Shown: piece by piece, positions 49,301 to 59,639 of the stretch | Position numbering within the stretch: position 1 is the first letter of the stretch | Layout of the letters: each line of letters opens with the position of its first letter | NCBI GenBank assembly: GCA_973895155.1 | Contig: OZ316895.1 | Location: 16,472,170-16,536,169 of the forward strand | Length of the DNA stretch: 64,000 bases | Reading direction: 5' to 3' | DNA from: Marsupella aquatica | Lineage: Eukaryota; Plantae; Marchantiophyta | Translations under genes and position numbers: made by a program | Notes under the pieces: model-generated | The model's input: the letters and a program-made list of their open reading frames with translations, nothing else | Databases searched by the model: none | Told to the model about the DNA's origin: nothing

Positions 49301-52300
49301 GGTGAGATGACGAGTTATCCCCTGTTCTGCACAATACTCTTCAAATTCTATTGAAGTGTAGTCCCCGCCGTTGTCTGACCTTAGACTCTTCACCCTTGTA
49401 TCCAAATACTTAACCGTGTTTCCTATCTGATTCTCTACTTGGGCCTTCCACTTTGTAAAAATGGACAAGACATCAGACTTATGCATCATGAAATAAATCC
49501 ATACAAATCTTGAGTAATCATCAATAAAGGATACATAGTACAATTTTCCAGAATGTGAGGGAGTCGGGGATGGTCCCCACACGTCATTATGTATGTACTC
49601 AAGAACCGCTTTGGAATGATGAGTTCCAACACCGAAAGCATGACGATGCTGCTTTCCAAAAATGCAATGCTCACAAAAATCCAATTTACAAGACTGCAAA
49701 TCAGAAATGAGCCCATTCTTCTGCAAGATAACCAAACCCTTCTCACTCATGTGGCCTAGCCGTGAATGCCGCAGTTGAGTCATTTCCTCGTGAGACTTTA
49801 TCACATTGGCCTCTCCACATACTGTATTGCCCTGCAATACATACAAATTCTTCTGTCTGCGCCCTTTCAAAATCACTGTCTCTCCCGACATGACTTGAAG
49901 TTCACCATCAATTACTCGCCATTGATGATCATTTGTATCCAACACACCGAGTGAAATCAAATTCTTACGCATGCCAGGTACGAACCTGACTCCGGACACT
50001 GTGCGCACAATGCCATCAAACATTTGAATCTTTACAGACCCAATACCCTCAACTTGATAGAAGTGATCATTTCCCATCAAAACTGAACCGTTTGACACAG
50101 AATAAGAATTGAAATACTCACGAATGTAACAAATGTGAAAAGAGCAAGCACAATCAAGAATCCACACATCATTTGCTCTCCTAGATGATGTGCACAGGGC
50201 ATACTCCTGATTTCATAAAATATACTCATCGTTGAGTAAATCAACTTCTCCATCAACACTAGCCACATTGGCTGATGAAGATTCACCTGCCTTACCCTTA
50301 CAATCCCTCTTAATGTGGCCAATCTTGTCACACTTCCAGCATACCACCGGCTTCCTCTTTTGGGACTTCCCCCTTGAAGCAAATCTTGTCCTAGATTTAC
50401 TTCTTCCCCTGCCATTCGTGTGGTGCTCTGGATGCTTCTGTGACCTTCCACGATTCACATTCAAAGCAGCACCAGACGACGATGATGGCTGAGAGGGCAT
50501 GGTCAAATTCTGCTGCAAGTCATCAGTCAACAGAGCACTTACAACTTCATTGTAAGTGATAGTCTTCTTGTCACGATGAAGCAGCACTCGTGACAATGAC
50601 TGATACGACAAGGGTAAAGAGCTAAGCAAGTGAAGAGCCTGCCGCTCATCACTCAAGTCCTCCCCCAGATTTTGCAAATCAACGACCAGGTCGTTGAAAC
50701 CATCGATATGGTCCTGAATCTTTGCACTTCCCTCCTTCATCTTGAAGCTCATAAACTTCAAAGATGTGTAGAGCCGATTCGATAGCTCCTTTTGATGGTA
50801 CTTTTGCTCCAACGCGGCAAACAATGATGCACAATTGGCATGGTCTGCCAATTGCTTGATGACATTAGGCTGAAGATAGAGCATCACGGTGCTCACAGCC
50901 TAGTCCTGCATGTCCTGCCAATCATCATTGTCGACATCATTTGGCTGGTCCTTCAGCAATTTCCCAAACCCGGTCGCACGGAGTACCCCCTTCACTTGTC
51001 GCTCCCACAACAAGTAGTCCGTGCGGCCATCGTATTTTGTAACCTCAAACTTGGGACCTCCAAGCTTGATTGTCCCCATCCTTTTTCTTGTCACTCGCCG
51101 CAATACCGGTGACCACAATTCTGCTAGATCTTCTACTTCCTCCTTTGTTCTCTCCGGTGACTCAATAGAACCCTCCTCCAAGTCACTCATGTGAGAAATC
51201 AAGAAAAAACGATGTTTTTCTTAACTTCTCAAAAAACTCAAAGGTTATTACTGCCATGTAGCCCACAAGCCTAGTTTTCCAATGCTTGTCAACAACGAAT
51301 GTTGATGAATTGCACTCGGTGCCGTCACCAAGTCCAACAAGGTAAATGAGTTTTCTTAGCCTTCCTCTTCGCATCAAGAGCCAATCCCGGACTCAAAACA
51401 ATTGTCTTGCCTCAATCTCTTCGTTGAGTCAAAATACTTGACGCTTCTCCCTCCGAGTCGATTGCAACAACAAGAAACCCCGCTCAGGCAAAAGAAGATT
51501 CCATAGCCGGTCAAAAAATTAGAACGCTTCTTTTGCTCGTTGTGACGTACTCGTTACACACTCGGCAACAAACCAGCTACCGAAATGATCAGCTCGTCCC
51601 GATCTACAAATAGAGCTATAACATGCGATGCTTCCTTCGCCGTAGAGCTCACACCGTCGAGAAAACAAACTCTGGTCCCTCCTTCGAAAAACCGTCGAAC
51701 ACGAATGTTGCCGACTTTCTTCACAAAATCCAGAACGAAAAAAACTTAGATCTCTCCGCACCACGAGCTCCGTTCAACGATTTCTTCACACCGTTAGAAA
51801 GCCCTTGCCCTGATCTATCCGTTGAGCCCATAAACTCCAAGTTCCATGCGACGGAACTCCGGGAAATCCACCGACACTCAACGCTGGAAAAAACCATCAC
51901 AAAATCCCGTCACGAACACACGTCACCTCCCAGGCATGCTCTGATACCAATTGTTGAGTATAGGCGATAATCGCAATGGTAAGCACATGACATATCCAAC
52001 ATGCAAGTAGTCGACACAAGAGATACGTGGTTCACCTCCTTGAGGCTACGTCCACGGGAACACACAAGAGAGCTTTAGTGAACTCTAAGCCCGTCGGCTA
52101 TACCGAGTCTCCACAGTGTAAGCTCTCCCTATCTCTCCCTCCTTCAGCTCCATAACAATGAGCCTTGGTTCTACATCTCCAAGCACACGTGCCTCTTATG
52201 ATATAGTGTGCAACTTAGTTAACCTAACCACATTGTTGTACCTAATCACGTAGTTTTACCTAACCATATTGTTGTACCTAATCACGTAGTTGTACGTAAC

Positions 52301-52394
52301 CACGTAGTTGTACCAAACCATGTTGTTGTACCAACCCACGTTGTTGTACCAACCACGTCATACCTAACCTAGACATAAGAGTAAATACCCAACA
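46343..52394 (-). mobile_element. Young full-length Ty1/Copia LTR retrotransposon (Tnt1/Tork-like)
   Basis: LTRs at 46343-46749 and 51952-52394 are nearly identical. TSD GTACG at 46338-46342 and 52395-52399. Perfect iMet PBS TGGTATCAGAGC at 51949-51938. PPT AAGGGGAAGAT next to 46750. The lineage assignment is inferred from gag KFEVTKYDGRTDYLLW. Confidence 0.98.
46940..51190 (-). pseudogene. Copia gag-pol polyprotein, single frame with three in-frame stops
   Basis: Domains: gag, zinc knuckle CWKCDKIGHIKRDC, protease WILDCACSFH, GAG-pre-integrase HSRLGH/CEHC, integrase FIDDYSR..LRSDNGG..TPQQNGVAE, RT YKARLVAKGF..LYVDDML, RNase H GYVDSDY..STTEAEY..KHIDVRYHF. Stops at 50902-50900, 50215-50213 and 49255-49253, with no frameshift. 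Confidence 0.95.
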
Positions 52395-52800
52395 GTACGG
52401 ACCGGATGTCAGCCCCTTTCCAATGATCTCTTGGGCCATTGTCAACCATTAACTTTTCTTCCCTATAATAGGTTTGGAGATATGGTGCATCTTCAGCACC
52501 TGCTTGCTCAGAAAATGGCAAAATTCCTAAATAGCCAACTTTGTTTGGTACCACAATTTTCTTTCAGGCTATTAGTGTTTTCTTATGATTGTCCTTTGGA
52601 GGTAGCTGGTCCCCACATAAGCCTCCTGCAAATCTTCTCTAGCTCCTTGTAGCAGGTCAACTGAAGTTCAAGAAAGTGGTAAGTAGGAATGGTTGTTAAG
52701 ACGTGCTTCAAAGCAAAGGATAATACCATAAGCCAAGGAACTTCATTAGTACTATAGCTGACCCATCCTGGAACATGATTAATTATTATGTCCTGTGACA
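52395..52800 (-). mobile_element. Degenerate L1 LINE, upstream part of the element hit by Copia
   Basis: LKHVLTTIPTYHFL..YKELEKICRRLMWG is an L1 ORF2 post-RT motif. It abuts the Copia TSD. Confidence 0.75.
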
Positions 52801-52861
52801 AAGTAAAAGGATCTTATTCTCTCTTATGAGTTGAATTATAATGTAAATTGCTTAAAAAAAT

Positions 52862-53206
52862 TGATAGATAAAGTAACAAAGAGGAGAAAACTCTTTATTT
52901 TTGGGAAAACCAACGACACCATACACATGACAAGCAACCAGCAAGCACAAGAACACATGAGAGATATGTACATGGTTCACCTCTGCTGAGGCTACTCCAT
53001 GGGAATACACAAGAACTTAACTACACTTTAGGCCCATCGGCCATATCAAGCATCCATAGTACAAGCTCTCCAAAAAGTTTCCTCCTGGCACCTAGCTTGC
53101 TCCCTCAACAATGAGTATGTGTCTCCAAGAGGAGATCTCCCTTGCCCTTCCATATGCTAGATCCTAGAGTTGCAGCTAATCACCATTAGCCGTCCAAAAT
53201 CTAACA
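52862..53206. mobile_element. Probable diverged solo LTR related to the adjacent Copia LTR
   Basis: TGGTTCACCTCTGCTGAGGCTACTCCATGGGAATACACAAGA..GCCCATCGGCCATATC..AAGCTCTCC aligns with the LTR sequence TGGTTCACCTCCTTGAGGCTACGTCCACGGGAACACACAAGA..GCCCGTCGGCTATACC..AAGCTCTCC. The TG/CA ends are tentative. Confidence 0.65.
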
Positions 53207-54734
53207 AAAAATTGTAACTCCCATAGTAATCCAAAAAATCAGTAGCTCTACAGTAGTCACCATTCTCGTCACCATTGGGCTTACCTCTGATGCACAGGGC
53301 GCCACACATGACTTGGGACGCCACGAAACTCACAAAATGTCATTTTTTGTATGAACCCCAACATTTTATTGGATGACTAAATGAATTTTCTTTGAACTCA
53401 AAATTGTTTGGTGTGATTTCTAAAGTTCAACCTACCTAATGAAACAAGTTGGGACTTTTTTTACATGCCACTCAATCAAAAATCTGTGAATAATTTGAAA
53501 ACGCTCCTTTAGTCATTTGTATTGCACAAGCATAATACTATTACACTTCCCTTAAAATCTTTTAACTTATTTGAAGAAGGTACTTACACTGCTCAACGTA
53601 ACTAGTGTTACTCACAAATATTTGAGAGCGCAAATTTTCAGGGTCTACTCCTGAATTAGTGTTAGTCACACTAATTTTGTCATGACACTATAATTTCCGT
53701 GCACATGAAACAGTGTTACTGTGGTCTCAAGAGTAAGAAAATAGATTTAAAAATTTATTTTGAAAAATACACAAGAATTAGTTGATTAGTCAAAATGGGC
53801 ATTTTTGTGGTCAATCAAGTCCACAAGATGCTAGAGGGGCCTGGTTAATTCCTTTTCTGGTTGCCAGTTTCCATTTAGTTTCAAAAGCTTTTGCTAAGCC
53901 TTGGCCCCTAATTAGTTCAAACTTTTGTTGAATGTTAGCCCAAGCGTTAGTTTAGGGTTATCCACTTATAAATAATTGAAATTTGATATGTTCATTAAGT
54001 GAATGGATTGAATCTAGTAGTGAGACATTGTGGTAGGGTTTCTTTGCATGAATTGCATGAAAAATCTAGAGAGGGGGACAGGCAATAGAAAATACAAAGG
54101 CAGGAATCATTCATTCAGTGTTCTTATGTCATAATATGATAAGGTTTTGTTTCAAGGAATATGATAAGGTTTTGATCGAAAGAGATGTTTATTCTACTCC
54201 TTTGGGCACCTTGTTGGTATCAAAGCATCATCCCGTCCTCCCAACCCTCAAAGTAAAAATTCATAGACGGTCCCCCAAATTACAAAAGTCAATGGATTCT
54301 TTTCTTTATTTTTTGAGAGAGTTATTCAAACTGGCAAATGCTCAAAGGTCTAAGAAGGGAAAAATGGACCCACCTAATATTTACTTATAAATAATAGACA
54401 TTGACTTTTCCCCCTCTATTTTTCTATGGATCATCTCACCAAGAGTTGGAGGAGGGTTAATTTTGGTAGTATCATACTGGCTTGTGAAAACATAAATATT
54501 TATTAAAAAAATCAGTTGATTAATAATATATGTTGGAGCGCTTATGAAACATCAAAATACTTTGGTGATACAAGTTTAAGGATATTATGAGCAGTTTGAT
54601 GTAAACAGTGAAATTGCAGTGTATCTATTATTTTTAACAGAAACGGAAGATTATATTGACTTTTTTGACAATTAAGTATTAAAGTATACATAACTAGAGA
54701 ATTCATGAACTAATTATAGAGTTAACTACAGTAA

Positions 54735-54912
54735 GTATAAGCCAATTGTTAAGACCAGTGAGTGTGCATGCAGGTTCTCTAGTTCAAGTATTGTTAAGAC
54801 CCTTGTGTGTGCATGCGAGTTTTCCAGTTCAAGTACTGTTAAGACCCTTGTGTGTGCATGCGAGTTCTCGAGTTTAAGTACTACTCGCATTCACACATAT
54901 CCAGATGTGGGT
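54735..54912 (+). repeat. Three tandem 45-bp units in a SINE-like head
   Basis: TGTTAAGACC(CTT)GTGTGTGCATGCGAGTT.T..AGTTCAAGTA occurs three times. Each unit ends in a B-box-like GTTCAAGT. Confidence 0.75.
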
Positions 54913-55419
54913 AGATTTCAATACGTGAGTAAGATGGAGCAATTGAAAAGAGTCTCCCAGTATCTTACCAAATAAATAAACATGAAACACTATAAATTTA
55001 GGGGGTGATTTAGCCCTAATGTACAGTACTACAGTGGGTGTAACAAACTACAGAAAGTACCCTCATAAAAGCACGGTAAAAAACATTATCTACAGATTTG
55101 GTGGATTGTCCATATCAGCTATTATTGTAACACTCTTGTAGAAGCTTTAATCTGAAAAGGTAATGTACATAACTGAAGCTCCGACCTCCATAAGCAAAAC
55201 ATTACCGAATAAACGAGGGGGAGACACGTGTAGGGAACAACCCTTCAATTGGCCAAAGGGTAGGCAGCCTTTGGGATAATGGCGCCTCATGGCCAGGTGT
55301 GGTCCAATTGGCTCAGCTCAGCCGCAGCTGTCCCTCTCCACTCCACTCCATACTATATGTATTTGTTGCTTGTCCGAGATGGGGACAGCTAATTTCCACC
55401 CTCCGAATGTGAATCCGGT

Positions 55420-55545
55420 CCACATTTCTTTCAAAAACTGAAAAATATTACTACCTCAAAAGGCTACAGGATTCCTGTGAGGCCCACATTTCTTTCAAAA
55501 ACTGAAAAATATTATTACCTCAAAAGGCTACAGGTTTCCTGTGAG
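55420..55545. repeat. ~63-bp tandem duplication
   Basis: CCACATTTCTTTCAAAAACTGAAAAATATTA(C/T)TACCTCAAAAGGCTACAGG(A/T)TTCCTGTGAGGC occurs twice. Confidence 0.9.
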
Positions 55546-55788
55546 GCTCCAGTCCAACTACTATGTTCATTTGTTTCGTGTCCACTATCTGACAGGTATT
55601 CTGCACCCTGTCCAAATTTAAAATCTCAATGTATCTTTATAAACATTTACTGGACGGACCTCAAACCAAAACTTTCTTCTCAACCTACAATTTGCACCCA
55701 CTGGAACTAAACCCAGTCCAACTTTAAAATCTCTATGTATCTTATAGAGACATTTACTTGATGAACCCTACACCAAAATGTTCTTCTT

Positions 55789-56030
55789 GGCTTCAGTCAG
55801 TTGGCCAGGCTATTAGTCTGGAACACTGAGGTCCCAAGTTCAATTCCAGGTTCACACACAAGGGGTTAGAGGGTATGTGTGGGTGAGGTGTAATGGTGGT
55901 AGTACCTGTTTCTCTTTGGTCTCTGTCTGGTTCTTTTGGGACCCTGGTCATACCCTCTCTGGTTAGTGGTATGGGTCCCAGTAGGATCCCTGGGTATCAT
56001 TCCCCCTTGTGGCTTATTTTGCTGTGGTGC
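55789..56030 (+). mobile_element. tRNA-derived SINE
   Basis: GGCTTCAGTCAGTTGG (A-box-like) and GAGGTCCCAAGTTCAATTCC (variable loop plus B-box-like), then CACACACAAGGGG as in the 12.2-kb copy and a GT-rich body. Confidence 0.6.
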
Positions 56031-57514
56031 ATGCTCCAAAGTAGAAGCTCTATCCTATGTTAGATGAGTTTTATTTACAAGGCAAACTGAACAAAAAGAA
56101 AGGTTTTCTCAATCAACAATCAACCCATGAGTTTTTATTTACAAGGCAAACAAAAAGAAAGTATAGGTACATTAATTTGAAGTCTATGAAAGTCTAGATA
56201 ATATGCCCGATCCATCAAATAACACTTTTCATTATGAGCACCCATGAGAAAAACGTTTCCCATCTATTTCAAAAAATAGAAAGTTTATTATTACCGCAGA
56301 AAGTCTACCGGTTTCCGATGGGCCCGCCTTATCCTCCGTGGCCCTCGGCACTCATGCCGCAAGCGACAGTATGCTGTGTGACGGCTTCGTCTGAAACGAT
56401 GTGGCTTCCGTGAATCTAGATCGTCCACTCGGGGATCGTAGGGTTCAAATTCAAGAAACTGAATGAAATTACTGTATCGTTAGAAGCCAGCAGTCGTGTG
56501 TGCCAGTACTGCTGCTTAGTCGTGTCCGGTACAATAATAACCCACATGGGCAACTCTAGGTTGAGTCGGAATACTGGAGCAACCTGGAATGTTTTGTACA
56601 AAGATCCTGTTGTTTTGGGATTCTGTTCCCACACGAATTCATATCCATTCCAGAGTGAGATTGACAGTATATCCTATGACGAGAAATATTCACTAGAAAA
56701 TTCTATAGTGAGTAGAGCACTGTAGTTGATTAGGAGTCTATATTCTATTTAATTTCTGCATCATGGTAAAATAAAACAATATCCCACTTTCTGTTCTTAT
56801 GGTTCAATTATTATAACATACATCCTGTGCATTTGATGACAAGGTGCTTTTCTTGCACCGTTAGACCCACCAAAACACACTCCTAACCCTTATGCACCTC
56901 ACTGGCCCGCCCCTGTGTGGCTTGCCTGCCATTGCTCTCCCTCTGCATCTCTGTCACAAACCCAGCACCCTTTAGGCCCCCTCATGATCTCAACACATTG
57001 AAAATGTAAAAACAATGAAAAAAGGGATGGAGAGAGAAAAAGAGGAACATATTTCATGCCCAGATTCCTCCCCAACAATGGTAACATTTTCCAACAGAGC
57101 TAGGGACATGTACATCGGAACACCAAATTTTGGGACAAGAACATCGACCAATATGACTACCACACAACTAGGACTTTGAAACTTCTGCAATCACGAGATG
57201 AGTACAGAGACAACACTGCTATGACAACCACACTTCCGCAACAACTGCATGGCCACAATGACAAAATTGACTTCCGCAATCACAATACAGCCGCAATGAC
57301 AACCGGCGGCAATGGCAACATACTCACAATGATAATTATTCAAGCGTTAGCTTGTGGGCTATTAACACAAAGTCCAAATATATAGATAAAGATGGAAAAG
57401 TTTCATGAGAGAACTGGACAAATGCCCACTCCATTGCCATATGCACTGTTTGTAGGAATAACTACATGGTGTAGAATCCCACTTGTACACACATATGGTA
57501 ATTGTGTTCCATAA

Positions 57515-59639
57515 CTCGATAACATGACAAAGTGGTATTACAATAATGCTTCACTTTGCACCTTATCAATTCAACATTCAAGCCCGTGAATGTCATTTCT
57601 TATTTGACTTCAAGTCATTTAGAGGGCCGACAATATGTCTTTACAATCCCGTAACCTTTTGTTCAAACTTCTGGGTCATTTTAAAGAACCAATTCAATAT
57701 AATTATGACATGAGACTTTGATGAATTTTTGAATAACTACAGTATTTACTATGTCAAGAAGTGCTATGCTTGTCATAGAACGCCCCCCAATAATAAACAA
57801 ACCTTTAGTGGGTAGGTAAGGTTCTTGCATGAGCCGATTTTGGCTTTAGTCTAGAAAAGTGAAAATGTGGATAGAATAGGAGGGCATGCTTCCTCCTCAC
57901 ACAAAATTTGACAATTGATGATTGGCAATTAATGATGGAGTACAAAAACTCACTTGAATGGTATATCCTTCTATGCTCCCCTTGAATGGGTCTCCTGTCT
58001 TTGGGATCATGTGGATTGATTCATTTATTCTTTGGCACCTTGACATATTATTGACTGGTATATCCTTCTTTGCTCCCTTTTATTGAGCTCGTTGCCTTTG
58101 GTATCAATTCTTATCTTCTCCGGATTGACTCTTTTTGTTCTTTTGCAATTTAATATATAGTTGACTGGTATATCCTTCCTGAAATGCTACATTGAATTTT
58201 TGAAGAACTTAATAGATCAATCTGGCCTCCATCACAAGCAAAAGTCCTTCAACCAGATAACCTTTAAGGATGGACTCATTGGAGTGTAACAGAGCACTTG
58301 TAGCAATGGGATAGGCATGATGACTCGCGCAAAAGTAAAACCCTCATTGTGATTGTGAATACCTCCCATCACTATTGGTTTCCCTAGTCCACACGACCCT
58401 GTGTTCAAAAATCACACAATTCCTGACCACAAGGAATTTTTTTCACAAACAGAACTCCCTATTTCGGACCCCACTAGAGGTCCCTTCCAAAATTCCTGGC
58501 ACCACAGCATGCCACGTCAACAACAATCGCAACAAACAAGACTCGTCTTTTGCACCCTAAGATTGCCTTCTAACATGGATGAATAAGATTTCTAGAGGCA
58601 TTACAAAATGGACGACAAAGATCGTAAAATCAACAAAATCGACGGCTAGGAAGGCTTGGATTTGTTTAATTTTTCATTTGAAAAATATTAACCCATTTGC
58701 AAAACGGACAGAACCCATCCATAGATATATTTGAGATCTTTCTTTTGAGCCATAGATTGGCCATTATGATGGACGGACGAGATTTCTGGAGATAAGAAAT
58801 GGAGACGGCTCACATCGACTTTTTCCCCTGATTTTATTAGCCAAGGGGTCCACGAACTAATTTATAATAATACTTGGAGGCTTTGTGTCTGAGAACAGGG
58901 CTTTGTGTTCCAGGCATTGTTTTTGAATGCAATTTGTCATAAAAAAAATTTTAACATGCAAATCACCTTTGGTCTAGCAAGATGAAGTATGCTTTGACTA
59001 GATGAAGAAGCCTCCTTCCTCACATTCAAGGCCCAAATAGGCTCCCTGCCATAATTCACTCTTCAAAACTCAAATACAATTCCATGACCAAAGTGCATCA
59101 TGAGAAGACTGGACTAATCTTCTTCCCTCTCTTCTTTTCCACCATTGCACAAACTCCTTCACGTACCCTTGCTCATGCTCTATTCTTAATTGTCTTAAGT
59201 CCGGTTTTTTGCTCTACACACCAAGAATCTGGTCATAGCATTATGGACTGGCTTACCCTTCGTAGAACTCGAGTTGTGAGATTCACCACAGGGCTAACGT
59301 CACTGCATTTACTCATATAAGGCCCAAAGCTTCTATTTGGGGGCTGATGGGCTTATTTTGTGTGATTAAAATTCTGAGGCAACTTGCTCATTAAATTGGC
59401 CCTTCTTTTCATTGTTTCTTGAGATGATTGCCCAGATATTTTTATGGGACTGTGTAAAGACATATTGTTTGCCCTGAAAATGACTGAAAGTCAAATAAGA
59501 AATGACAGTAAGAAATATTGTCTGCCCTGAAAAATGACTTAAAGTCAAACAAGAAATGGCATTCACGGGCTTGAATGTTGAAATGATAAGGTGCAAAGTG
59601 AAACATTATTGTGTGATGCCACTTTGTTATGTTATCGAG
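57515..59639. mobile_element. Non-autonomous long-TIR (Mutator/foldback-like) element
   Basis: The left arm (57515 to ~57693; CTCGATAACATGACAAAGTGG...CACTTTGCACCTTATCA..TTCAACATTCAAGCCCGTGAATG) is the inverted copy of the right arm (~59410-59639, ending GTTATCGAG). The right arm has an internal ~57-bp duplication. No transposase ORF and no TSD were found. Confidence 0.72.
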
